Shown in pieces: positions 1 through 10,347 of a DNA stretch of 64,000 bases (the stretch's first letter is position 1; each line of letters begins with the position of its first letter). The notes below the pieces were generated by a model. The model ran no database searches and had not been told where the DNA came from. It saw only the letters and a program-made list of their open reading frames with translations. The translations under genes were made by a program, and so were the position numbers. Where the stretch lies: positions 1,088,001-1,152,000 of the forward strand of contig CAVYRW010000004.1 in NCBI GenBank assembly GCA_963771045.1, given 5' to 3'. Source of the DNA: Waddliaceae bacterium (GTDB lineage Bacteria; Chlamydiota; Chlamydiia; Chlamydiales; SLFE01).

Positions 1-264
1 CCTGTGCACAATCCCTTTGACGGGACTGCGTGCGTTATCCCCGATGGGATCGGCCAGTTCTTCTTGTTTTACAGATAACTCTTTGGCATTGGGGACAAAT
101 TGAGCGGATATAGGATCATCGTCATTATTGATATCGATCAATCCTGCCATCTGATCAGTAATTGATAAGGAAAAGCGATCGACAACTTGCTTGAGTTCGC
201 TGACTTTTTCTTCTGGAATAATTCCTAAGTCATGCAGCTCATCAACTTTCTTAATTTTACCCAT
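1..264 (-). CDS. KamA-family radical SAM lysine 2,3-aminomutase-like protein, N-terminal 88 aa (continues beyond the window edge; not in the ORF track)
   Basis: My translation from ATG 264: MGKIKKVDEL...RFSLSITDQMAGLIDINNDDDPISAQFVPNAKEL...ELADPIGDNARSPVKGIVHR. DPI-xQFVP and DPIGD-SPVxGIVHR(YPD) are characteristic of KamA N-termini. Confidence 0.85.
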   Translation of the reverse strand, partial: MGKIKKVDELHDLGIIPEEKVSELKQVVDRFSLSITDQMAGLIDINNDDDPISAQFVPNAKELSVKQEELADPIGDNARSPVKGIVHR

Positions 265-288
265 AATTCTTCCCCCATTTTTTAATTG

Positions 289-1593
289 TCATTGGTGCAA
301 TACCGCCCCTTCCATTTTTAGGAAACGTTTTTCGATATCAAAAGCCTCTTCCAAAAGGTTGGAAAAAATGATATATCGTATTTTATTGTCAAGATGAATG
401 GTATTCGAATGAATAAGAACACCTGTTTTTGTTTCGGGATTGAACGCGATATTTTCATTTTCGATATATTCTAGAACACTCTCAAAGGTTATATCGCCGT
501 TAGCAACCGCGGCATCCTGCACCCAGCAGGTATGCGGATAATAGTCAGGATCAACCAATCTTCTGGCTAGATAATCAATGAATGTTCCTGCAGTGCGCCT
601 AAAATTGGACTCGGTCGCAAAAAACTGGCCTTGATCATCCAGGCAGCAGTCGACATCGCAAATTCCTCTAAATCCAAGACTGTGCAGATAATTGCCAAAT
701 CTTAAGCCGACATCGGAAAGCCTATTCTGCTGGTTATGGTCAATTGTATTTGGCGGCGTGACCATACCGCTGTAAGCGGCGCCTGGACATCTTTGGTCGC
801 AGATATATAAAATATGCGGCCCCTGCTCTGTTACCTCGATTTCAACACTTGGCAACGCGGTAAAATTAACGAACTGCTCAACGATAAAACGGAATGGCTG
901 GCTTGAGTAGCATGACAAGTTCTTCTCGAGCAATGCAAGAACAGTCGTGTTTTTAATATCCTCCTTGCCGATGATGACATGGCCGTAGCCGTTTGAACTT
1001 CTGTCGAATTTAATGATCACTTTGTCTGAGGAACAAAGCAGTTTTTCAACATTGGCAGCAAGATCCTGCAGACCGGAACAGAAACATCCTTTGACAGTCG
1101 GAATGCCAAGTTTATGCATCAACTTGCGGAAACCGGATTTTGTGTTGATGTCATAAAAGGCTTCCATGAGTTCGCGGGAAGGAAATTCCTTGTATCCCCA
1201 AATCGGAGATCCAACTTCCCATGCCAATGAAAGCGTTGGACGGTCCGAAGCAAAGGGGAGTAGAGAGGCATCCCGGTGATGTTTGACATAATCTCCCATC
1301 TTCTCGAAGGTATCGTCCATGCGGACGCGGTGGGCGAGAAGATCGGTCAATTCCCCTTTAGGAGTCAAGGTTTTGACTTTATCGGGGTTGATTCCAATTG
1401 TTTTGGCCACATACTTTTTAAAAACAGGATCGATAGGCACAGGTGTCACGATAAGGTCGTTTTCGTTTGCAATCCACATCTTTCTCGGCGTGATAGCCGA
1501 CATCGCTTTGGCATAGCGCATTGTCGGTATCTCAATCATCAGCTCGTTAACGACGTTGGCAAATATTATCCACGGTTTTCGATTGGTATTCAT
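289..1593 (-). CDS. ATP-grasp amide ligase, PGM1-like (pre-ATP-grasp, ATP-grasp and PGM1_C-like domains)
   Basis: 434 aa. INTKSGFRKL, IIKFDRSSNGYG, IVEQFV, GFRGICDVD, ESNFRRTAGT are ATP-grasp motifs. C-terminal AFNPETKTGVLIH...IRYIIF resembles PGM1_C. Confidence 0.75.
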   Translation of the reverse strand: MNTNRKPWIIFANVVNELMIEIPTMRYAKAMSAITPRKMWIANENDLIVTPVPIDPVFKKYVAKTIGINPDKVKTLTPKGELTDLLAHRVRMDDTFEKMGDYVKHHRDASLLPFASDRPTLSLAWEVGSPIWGYKEFPSRELMEAFYDINTKSGFRKLMHKLGIPTVKGCFCSGLQDLAANVEKLLCSSDKVIIKFDRSSNGYGHVIIGKEDIKNTTVLALLEKNLSCYSSQPFRFIVEQFVNFTALPSVEIEVTEQGPHILYICDQRCPGAAYSGMVTPPNTIDHNQQNRLSDVGLRFGNYLHSLGFRGICDVDCCLDDQGQFFATESNFRRTAGTFIDYLARRLVDPDYYPHTCWVQDAAVANGDITFESVLEYIENENIAFNPETKTGVLIHSNTIHLDNKIRYIIFSNLLEEAFDIEKRFLKMEGAVLHQ

Positions 1594-1602
1594 GATTTTC
1601 TC

Positions 1603-2358
1603 CTACTTTTTAAATCCGCCGTAAACAGCATGCCCTGCGCTTGCCCAAAAGACTTCGATAGAAGCAAAGCCCGCCTCTTCCAGCCACTTGAGCTGGTCAT
1701 AAAGGCTCGATGGTTTGTCAATGGGATCATTTTCAGCATTCGGATCGGAATAGTAATTCCACTCGGTTCTTTTAAATGCCTCGTAAGCAGATTCGCTGCC
1801 GAAAATTTCCAGCGAACGTTTTTGAGTTTCCTCATCCCAGTTATCTGCGAAAATCTTTTTTGATTCCGGAGAGTTAGGGTACATGAGATCGGCGATAATC
1901 AATGCCCCTCCGGGTTCTAACTGGCCATAGAGATCTTTAAAGAGGGCCTTTTTCTGCGCCGCATCTAAATGATGGACCGCCAGTGAAGAAACAAAAGCAT
2001 GGACAGGCTGGGGGAATGTTCTCCACTCCATTTCGGCAAGGTCGAATTGTTTGACTTCGATCCTATCGGAATACTCTTTGTTTTTTCTTTTAGTTTCGTC
2101 TAGCATTTTTTGGCTTAGATCCATTCCCCATACTGTTGCCTTTGGAATGTTTTCTAAAAGCGCTTTGCAAGTATCTCCGGAGCCGCAGCAAAGCTCGACA
2201 ATAATGCCTTTTTTTTCCATTTTGGGAATGGCTTTTATGAGAATTTCAATTTGCCTTTCTTTTTGCGGAACAAAGCAATCGCCATATTTGATAAAGATTT
2301 CACTCTCATCTTCAGTCCATTTGTTTTCCGTTGTTTCGTTCATGCTGACTACCTCCAT
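1603..2358 (-). CDS. Class I SAM-dependent methyltransferase
   Basis: Motif I VELCCGSG, GMDLSQKML, SSLAVHHL, LEPGGALIIAD. Ends 9 nt before the ATP-grasp start. Confidence 0.9.
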   Translation of the reverse strand: MEVVSMNETTENKWTEDESEIFIKYGDCFVPQKERQIEILIKAIPKMEKKGIIVELCCGSGDTCKALLENIPKATVWGMDLSQKMLDETKRKNKEYSDRIEVKQFDLAEMEWRTFPQPVHAFVSSLAVHHLDAAQKKALFKDLYGQLEPGGALIIADLMYPNSPESKKIFADNWDEETQKRSLEIFGSESAYEAFKRTEWNYYSDPNAENDPIDKPSSLYDQLKWLEEAGFASIEVFWASAGHAVYGGFKK

Positions 2359-2479
2359 TTTTTACATGACGATCGTACTCGAATCGATAATTAATGTTAA
2401 AACAAAAAAAAGAATAAAATTTTGGAACGTATTGATTTATAATAATATTTAGAAAATTTCCGCTGCGTAAATTCTCATG

Positions 2480-2625
2480 TTAAACCGGTGGTTGTAACCT
2501 AAAGGGTTATCTTACGATAAATTTTTCTTCCGTCATGTCTCAAGACATGCCTCTCGTCAAAATTTTCGAAATCCAACCTCCATCTGTAGCGCCCAGCTTC
2601 AGATTAGGCCGCAATCACGGGTTAA
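2480..2625. repeat. MITE/REP-like palindromic element, copy 1
   Basis: Imperfect terminal inverted repeats (TTAAACCGGTGGTTGTAACCTAA / TTAGGCCGCAATCACGGGTTAA). Internal hairpin CATGTCTCAAGACATG. Core 2515-2571 recurs at 17177-17234. Confidence 0.6.
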
Positions 2626-2719
2626 AGGTTGAATGTAAAACAGACAGCATGTATACCTTTATGATTTGTAAAAGCGATCTCATAGGAATAATGATAAACT
2701 TAAGCAACAGGGGAAAATC

Positions 2720-2917
2720 ATGAGCAAACGAAATTGTCCAAAATGCGAGTCGAAAGCGATCAAAAAAAATGGCTTTACAAGACACGGAAAACAAAATCAC
2801 CGCTGCCTTGATTGCGGGCGTCAATTTTCCTTGGAACCGAGCGATGAAGACTTTCAGGAATTTCTAAATCCGCAAATTCACGAGGAAACTTACATCAGCT
2901 GTAAAATCGTCGATTAA
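2720..2917 (+). CDS. Small IS1 InsA-like zinc-ribbon protein (stand-alone or IS1 remnant)
   Basis: CPKCES...KKNG...GKQNHRCLDCGRQF closely matches the N-terminus of the IS1 transposase at 11709. No DDE domain follows. Confidence 0.7.
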   Translation: MSKRNCPKCESKAIKKNGFTRHGKQNHRCLDCGRQFSLEPSDEDFQEFLNPQIHEETYISCKIVD

Positions 2918-5900
2918 TTATATGGCTGCATTTCCCAGGGAAAGGGTTGCGTTGTCGGTTTTGGAATTGGCTTTTGACCTAGCGTGCCGCCTAGAAGATC
3001 CATGAGTCCGCCGACAATCACCCCTTGAGGCCCTCCACGAAGCTGAGCGATAAACGCTGCAATCTTAGTCGAGGCTTTGTTTGAATTAATGCTCGGATCA
3101 GACAGGCTTCCCTTCATTGTCAATTGAAGATAATAATCTTTCGGAACGCCTTTCAACCCAAATGCCTGCCTCAGCGTCATTCCTCCAAGGCCGATCTTCA
3201 TATTGATATTATCATCGTAAAAATTCACCCTGCCCCAGGCAGCAACGGGATAGCGGCCAGCAACAAGCATGTCCACGCGGTTGATATCGGCCACGCCATT
3301 GTGATAGCTGAGATATAGGGGAGTGAACCATACGGAGATTAAATTCATGTCGGTCGAATACTTTAAAATGCTGAGGATCTGAGCAATTTGAAAGTCGTTT
3401 TTAAAGTACATCTTGCCTAAGTCGACTCTCATAGCGCCAACGGAAAATTGATAGGGGGCTTGAGACCACAACGGGTAGGAAAATCCATTTTGGTCAATGG
3501 TAACGCGTATCGGTTCTTCAGAACTATAGGCAGAATTCAAAAAGGGGAGCAGTTCATCCAGGATTGAATCCTGCAGTGTAGGCGTTATTGAAAACTCGGC
3601 GCTTAAAGGGGATTTGAGAGTCAGTATGCCCCGTGATAAGTAGCCGTCAAGCGACAATTTTCCGGTAGTTCCATTGATGGCTAATTGAATCGGTCCAGTC
3701 ATCTCCGACAAACTAACATTCAACTGGGCATTCACCCTGTGGCCGATTAGCGCTTTGACTTGATTAAGTACACTCTCATCCAGACATAAAAAGTTTGATA
3801 AAAGCAAAGCGGGAGCTTGGTGGGCTTCAGCCTGAACTTCCATAGAAGCTCCATGCCTGTTAAATGACCCGTCAGAATGAAAAATATCTTTAATGACAGA
3901 ACTAAAAGAAAATGGAGCTCTTCATTTTGCTCATTATAAATGCTGCCTCCGGCATCAAATTCAATCCCGATGGAATCAGATAAGTCGCTTGAGGCTGCGC
4001 GGGCGGCGACACCGTCAATGAATACCATGTCGTCTGTCATCGTGTCGAGGACATAAATACTTGCGGTATTCAGTTCGATAGCAATCGACGAATGGGAAGG
4101 GTTTATTAAAGGGATGACAAGATTCGAAATGTCTGCTTTTACCGAAGTTGATTGTTGAAGTTGCAGCTGATCGATAAGTCCGGTATTTTGACATAGTAAA
4201 TGTTTTCTGATTGCGGAAAATCTCTCAGGAGTCATTTCCCAATGTATAACAACAGGACGACTCGGGTCTTCGAGAGTCAACTGCTGGTCAGCCTTTAATG
4301 ATCCGGCAATGTCAAATTGATCCCCGTTGACCGAGAATATCACATGCCCTTCGCTGCCATCCAAATCGTCATAAACTTTGACAGCGGCATCAAGAGACGG
4401 GCCGATTAATCCATCAAGCTCGTCAATTTCTGTAAATGCGCTTATAACGACAACTGGAAATGCCGTTATCGCCGTTTCCGCATTCACTTTCCACTCTTCT
4501 ATATTACCGGTCCAGCCTGAGACCCGAACATGCCCTTCAAGCTTCCCTTTTTGTTCCATGTTTCGGTTGGCTGTGACGGCAGCAATGGTAAATGTTAACT
4601 CGTCATTTTTCGCATTTGCCGACCAGGGAATGAATATTTTTCTCAGAGATGCCATAGCATCCCCCTGATCTTCTCCTACCGATATTTCGTCGATCAAAAG
4701 CCGCCCTTTAGACGATATTTTGGACAATGAAAAATCGCGAACATCAAGTTTTACCTCATCGAGCAAAAGCTGCATTATGGCTGGAGAGCAGAGATGGTAA
4801 TCGTGCTGTTTTTGATCCTGAATCTCGGATAAAAGCTGAGGGGTTAGCATGTAGTTGATATATCCGGATAGGGCTAATTCGAAGGGGTTATCTGTTTTTC
4901 CACTGCCTGCCAGGTTTAAAACAAGCTGGCCATCTTCTGCGGCTAGGTCAAACTTCTCCACATGGGGGATAAAATCATCCGAGAGGTTGAGCTTAGAAGA
5001 CAATTTGAAGCGGAGTTCGTCTCCCAAAGATCTTGATAGGGGATTTTCCTGGTCAAATCGGTTGAGCCTTCCGATTAAAGAGAGCTGCAGGTGTTCTAAA
5101 GACAGGGCGTCAAGTGTTAATAAACCGTTCGTAAAATGGCATTGATTCACCCAGGGAAGATGAGAAAATTCGAGATCGCGAACCGAGATTGTGGATTGAA
5201 GGGCAATATCTTTAGGGGTGATTTTATCTGAAAGGTTTATGTTAAGGTGGTTGACTTGAATCGTTAAGGGAAGGGTTTTAGGCAGTATCTCGCTAAGGCC
5301 TGCATGGGGAGTATAATCAATGGCAATATTGATCGGCTCGACGAGTGCAATGTGAAAATCGTCCCACTCAAAAACGGCCTTCTGAATTTTTGCGGTGCTG
5401 GATGATAATTTCAATAAACCGTATTGTTCTTGATTTTCACGAACAAGGCGCAAAGACCCGTCAATATTGGAACCGAAAATTGATTTTGCCCATGTTTTGA
5501 ATCTTTTGTCTTGCGACAAGATAATTGAGAAGCGAGGCCCTAAGCCGTTTGCCTTCTAAAAGTAGATCATAATTCCTGTCTTCCGTTAGCGATAACCATC
5601 CTCGCACGGCTGCATCACTATCGCCGCCCTTATCGGTAATAATACCGGAGAGGTCAAAATCCAGTTTCTTAAGGTTGTCCGACAGCAAGACGATTCCTTC
5701 TGCATTTGTCAAGCTGACCCCGTTTTGCAAATCCATCCGAACAGGATTCAATTGGAATTTATAACCTTTTCCTGTCAGCAGGGAAATTTCCAGAGGGGTA
5801 TCGAAAGTCATGAAACCTTGCTTCTGCAATTTTTGTGCAAGGCTGTGCGGCATTGTATAAACGATCTTTCCTTCTTTGGAGAATACAGGCCCATTGTTTG

Positions 5901-6393
5901 TCATGCTGATATAGATATCGGCGTGTCCATTTTCCGACGAGGCGTCAATATGAATGATCTCATTATCCTGATCTACAGAAAGGTTAATGACTGGACCGGC
6001 AATTTCGGAGACGGTCAGAGATAAAGGAGTGAACGTCTCTTTGAATGTTTTTGCGGCCAAATGAGGCAGGGAAGCAGAGAGATTTTTCGTTTCAAATTTG
6101 TCTATCCACTCATTTGTGAACAAAAGACGGTAAATAGAGGAATTCACAGCAAGAGTGTCAAATTGAATATCGGATTCATCGCCGCCAGTCCAGTGAAAAC
6201 GGTTGGCTCGCTGAGGCCCAAACCAGCTGAGACGTACACGATCAACTTGAACCTTCCCTCCAAAAGTGTGCTCCAGATAAGGAATCAACAGATAATCCTT
6301 AGCCGGCCTTGTGGAAAGGATGAACGGTAGGGAGATGACAAATCCGATAAAAAATAAAACCGTATAGATGATTATTCGTAGACTTTTTGCCAT
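2914..6393 (-). CDS. Large AsmA/TamB-like envelope protein, split into three ORFs (5461-6393, 3747-5519, 2914-3843) by two frameshifts
   Basis: N-terminal anchor helix followed by LPFILST...GGKVQVDRVRLSWFGPQ. Beta-rich body. C-terminal LTMKGSLSDPSIN motif. Overlapping same-strand ORFs. Confidence 0.6.
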
Positions 6394-6677
6394 AGATTTC
6401 TCCTAAACAGTAGCATAAGTATAATACCTTCAATACTTGAATGCAAAGAAAATAATTGATTGATTATCATATAGTTAAAGCTTGATATTAGCAAACCTTT
6501 ATTTTGGGTGCCAACTGTAAATTTTTAGTTTTCAAGTTCTTAAAATAATTTCCTTTTTAATAAAAATTATTTACACATAAGTTTAGATCGCGAAATAAAG
6601 CGCGGATCTCTCGTCACAGTTTCTTTAAGAAGCGGATCTTCACCGCTTCTTGCCAACCGACAAACAGGAGGTGGCAA

Positions 6678-9209
6678 ATGAACAAGATAAACACATTGAA
6701 CAATTCTAAAAATTTGTCTAGAAATCATCAATCTTTTTCGGGTAATCCGGACAAATTTACCGCAGTCATTCGTAGAATGAATGAAGGAGAACTTGCGGAA
6801 ACCAATTGCGTTTGGATGAGTGCAAAAGATATGCAGCGATATTTTCCGGAGCAAAACGAAGATAATGCTGCCTTTGCGAGAATTGCCAACCGCGTTTACC
6901 GCATTGCCGAAAAATCGTGGATAAAACCGGGTGAAATCGGATTGAATCCGGTTCAATTCGAAGAAGTGTCTGCCGTTATCAATAAAGATGATACTGTCCT
7001 TATAACACCCTATAGGCAGAACCCTGCCTGCCGCCGGGACTTAACGGAAGCAAAATTCATCATATCGCCGCAAAGTCTGGATGATACCGTATCAATTAGT
7101 CAAAACATCCTCGACTTGGGCGAGATTAAAAACTACTTTCATCAGCATTATGAGGGGCATTTTCTTAAAGAAGGACAGGTTCTTCACTGCAATTTTAACA
7201 ACCGAGAATTTTTCGCCACATTTCATTCAGGCGAGGCGCATCAAACTCCTGAAAACAAACTTTTTTTTAGTACAATTATACCAACGACTGAATTATTTTT
7301 TGAAACTGTTGAAACCTCTCCTTACATTTTAAGCGAAAAGACAAATACTATTGAACAGCCGACATTTAAATTCGATGTCTTGATAACGGGACTCGATAAT
7401 TATCCCGATACCACGCGCCCTCTTATCTATAATGTGGAAAAGTTTGAGGAGAAGGTTAGGCTTGCGTTGCAAAACGAGTGGCTTGTCCCCGGCATGTTTG
7501 TCGAATACTCCATTGCAGCAGGGGTTAATATCAAAGTTATTTTAAAAGAAACCCTATTGCCTAAAAAAAACGTCCAGCTTGCAAGAAAAGGAGCTGTCTA
7601 TACAAAAGCTTACCGCCTAACCCCGGAGGCCAAACTCGAATTTATTTCCGATAATGCAGATGTATGCGGCGTCAGAGGGGAGCCTCTTAAGCCGAAGCGG
7701 GTCACATTTCGAATCTGCATGATTGACTCTCTTCCCGGTTTAGATTCCATGCAGGAAGATATTAGCAATTGGATCAACGTATCCGAAGTGGGTCAAAAAA
7801 TCAGGGAATCGATAGACCTCTTTTCGGCAAACACGAAATTTTTTGTCGAACATGAGGGGTATCTTCTGAATTTGGAAATCTTTGCTATCGATAATGAAGA
7901 TCTCGTTAAGCACGATTCCGTCAATATGAAGCATTGGGAATTGTCTGATGATACGCGGATCTTTCTCAATTTAAAAAACGGCATCGACCTCAATCTCATT
8001 CCCGATACGAAAACACATTCGCTGAAAAAAATGACTGTGTATATTTCGACTAAAAAAACCCAGAAAAACATTGAACTTACCGAAGTGGATTTGGATGCCT
8101 TAAAGCAGGCAATTAAAGACTATCTTCCCATAGAGAGGTGCCTCAATCAGAAATTTACAGTTGATTTAGGGGGTGATCTTCTCCTCGACGTCAAGGTTAA
8201 AAATATGGCATTCAAAACAAGCAGATATAACGGAACGATTTATCCCCACCTTGGAAAAACAACATCCGACACTGAATTGGCTATTGAATACGATAACTAT
8301 CAAATCTGGATGAGCCACAAGCCGAATATCATAAGATTTAAAAACGGCGATGCCCGCCAAACTCTAGAAGAAGCCGGTTTGACAGGGCTGCCTGATGAAA
8401 TCGTCGAAGCTTTCGAACTCATTGCATACCCTTTGGGAGAATTAAGAGAATTAGCAAAAAAAATGAAAATCAAGTCACCCAATGGACTACTTCTCTATGG
8501 TGCTCCGGGAACGGGAAAAACCACATTTGCCAACGCTCTTGGAAAACTTCTGGATGTGACCAAGGACAATATCGTACAAGTCAAGCATGCCAACCTGCTT
8601 AGCAAGTGGGTCGGAGAGACTGAAAAAAATGTTAAAGCACTATTCGATAAAGCCCATAATAATAAAGATCAAAGGTTCATTGTCATCTTTGATGAGATCG
8701 AATCTCTTTGCGAAAAACGATCGAGAACGACAAGCTCCCCAAGAGCCAGCCTGGTAAACACTTTGCTTGAAGAAATGAGCTCTGCGCAGGATCTCGACAA
8801 TCTCATTGTTATCGGAACGACCAACCAGCTAGAGAGGATCGACGAGGCCTTCTTAAGACCGGGACGTTTTAGTGAAAAAATCGAATTTCCTCTGCCGGAT
8901 GCAGCGGGAAGGAAAAAAATCCTGGAATACTATATCAAGGACTTGCAAGAAGAAGAGGTCATCGAAGATGATATCGACCTTGACCGATTTGCGGCTGCCG
9001 CAAAAGACTTCTCGGGAGACCACTTAAAAGGGCTTGTTAAGAAAGCATCGAAATTGCGTCTGAGAAAGCTCGCTTCACTTAAACTCACAAAGGAGCAGGC
9101 CGAAAAACATCCTGATCGAAAGATCACAAACGCCGATTTTCTGGAGGCATTCGATAGCGTCAAGCCGCTAGTAGCAGGAAACGCTCCACCTGTCCACATG
9201 TATGTTTAA
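6678..9209 (+). CDS. NSF/Sec18-like (vesicle-fusing) AAA+ ATPase with extended N region and a single AAA domain
   Basis: Walker A GAPGTGKT, pore loop SKWVGETE, Walker B IVIFDEIE, IGTTN, AFLRPGRF. N-terminal ELAETNCVW and PGEIGLN resemble the NSF N domain. RBS GGAGG at 6667. Confidence 0.8.
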   Translation: MNKINTLNNSKNLSRNHQSFSGNPDKFTAVIRRMNEGELAETNCVWMSAKDMQRYFPEQNEDNAAFARIANRVYRIAEKSWIKPGEIGLNPVQFEEVSAVINKDDTVLITPYRQNPACRRDLTEAKFIISPQSLDDTVSISQNILDLGEIKNYFHQHYEGHFLKEGQVLHCNFNNREFFATFHSGEAHQTPENKLFFSTIIPTTELFFETVETSPYILSEKTNTIEQPTFKFDVLITGLDNYPDTTRPLIYNVEKFEEKVRLALQNEWLVPGMFVEYSIAAGVNIKVILKETLLPKKNVQLARKGAVYTKAYRLTPEAKLEFISDNADVCGVRGEPLKPKRVTFRICMIDSLPGLDSMQEDISNWINVSEVGQKIRESIDLFSANTKFFVEHEGYLLNLEIFAIDNEDLVKHDSVNMKHWELSDDTRIFLNLKNGIDLNLIPDTKTHSLKKMTVYISTKKTQKNIELTEVDLDALKQAIKDYLPIERCLNQKFTVDLGGDLLLDVKVKNMAFKTSRYNGTIYPHLGKTTSDTELAIEYDNYQIWMSHKPNIIRFKNGDARQTLEEAGLTGLPDEIVEAFELIAYPLGELRELAKKMKIKSPNGLLLYGAPGTGKTTFANALGKLLDVTKDNIVQVKHANLLSKWVGETEKNVKALFDKAHNNKDQRFIVIFDEIESLCEKRSRTTSSPRASLVNTLLEEMSSAQDLDNLIVIGTTNQLERIDEAFLRPGRFSEKIEFPLPDAAGRKKILEYYIKDLQEEEVIEDDIDLDRFAAAAKDFSGDHLKGLVKKASKLRLRKLASLKLTKEQAEKHPDRKITNADFLEAFDSVKPLVAGNAPPVHMYV

Positions 9210-9217
9210 GAATCTTA

Positions 9218-9243
9218 AAGGCCGGAAGACAGCTTCCGGCCTT
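9218..9243. terminator. Hairpin between convergent genes, probable terminator
   Basis: AAGGCCGGAAG-ACAG-CTTCCGGCCTT. Confidence 0.7.
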
Positions 9244-9247
9244 CTCT

Positions 9248-9640
9248 TTACAGACCCCAAAAACCCATAATTGCCAGGTAGATTCCAAAGGCAAACATAA
9301 TAAAGCAAAGCAGATAGGCCGCTTTCTCATTTCTCTCCAGGAGCGAATGGCCAAGCTTGATAGCAGCCTGAGGAATCAGCACCCTGATCGCACCGACGAT
9401 TAGCATAATCCATCCAAAAATTGTAATGATTACCTGCCAGTTTGCTACCCAGATATTGTGGACCTCGATAACTAAAGCTCCTAAAACCAGAGAGATAAAA
9501 CCTGATATAAAAAGGATGACGGGCTGCTCTTCTATCGTGCGGACCGATTTTTGCAGCACCTTGAAATTGATTATGGCCCCTAAATACAGGATTGATAAAG
9601 TGATGCCCATCACGCGGGCTAAAAAAAATGAAATATCCAT
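9248..9640 (-). CDS. Small integral membrane protein (about 4 TM)
   Basis: Hydrophobic ORF with HNIWVANWQVIITIFGW. Start at 9640 preferred over the longer ORF call. Confidence 0.75.
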   Translation of the reverse strand: MDISFFLARVMGITLSILYLGAIINFKVLQKSVRTIEEQPVILFISGFISLVLGALVIEVHNIWVANWQVIITIFGWIMLIVGAIRVLIPQAAIKLGHSLLERNEKAAYLLCFIMFAFGIYLAIMGFWGL

Positions 9641-9739
9641 CAGAATCCTCATGTTAAAATTTAGGATTATCAGATCAACTGAGATGCCGCAACAAAAAAA
9701 TGCCAATATGTTATTTTACGAACAAAGGAGTCAAATTGC

Positions 9740-10249
9740 ATGAATAATGTCGCACATAGAATTATCGAGGCAAACGGGCCGTTTCCCAATAACCCTAAAT
9801 TGCCTCTTTTGCACTACAAAAAGGTGCTGCAAGACTACGACCCCAAAAAAATTCGAGAAGCCTTCGCCTCAAACGGCTGGATCAATTCCTGGGTGAACGG
9901 CATTTACTCATATCATCACTTTCACAGCAATACTCATGAGGCGATCGGCATATCGAGCGGATCTTGCCAAGTGCAGATTGGGGGAAGCGGCGGGCATGTG
10001 TTTACTTTGGAGGCCGGCGATGTCGTCATCATACCCGCCGGCGTCTCGCACAAAAATGTCGGCTCATCCGAACGTTTTACTTGCATTGGCTGCTACCCCA
10101 TTGACATTCCTTATGACATGCATGAGGGCAAAGAAGAAGAGCGTCCCGATGTGGACAAAAGAATTGCCAAAGTACCCCTTCCCGAGAAAGACCCTGTTTA
10201 CGGTGAATCCGGTCCGCTTCACCTGCATTGGAAATCTCCGAAGCTATGA
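9740..10249 (+). CDS. Cupin-domain protein (YjlB-like)
   Basis: PNNPKLPLL, YHHFHSNTHE, GDVVIIPAGVSH, DPVYG. Confidence 0.85.
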   Translation: MNNVAHRIIEANGPFPNNPKLPLLHYKKVLQDYDPKKIREAFASNGWINSWVNGIYSYHHFHSNTHEAIGISSGSCQVQIGGSGGHVFTLEAGDVVIIPAGVSHKNVGSSERFTCIGCYPIDIPYDMHEGKEEERPDVDKRIAKVPLPEKDPVYGESGPLHLHWKSPKL

Positions 10250-10347
10250 ATTTCTCCTGCAATCTATTTGCTTGCAATGAAGACATGATGTAATATCGTC
10301 GCATGCATATCTTATAAATTAGACAAACAAAAAAAAGGAATGACACT

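Noticed and set aside
1276..1863. 195-aa plus-strand ORF and the many similar antisense or shadow ORFs
   Set aside because: They overlap well-supported genes on the other strand or frame and have no motifs.
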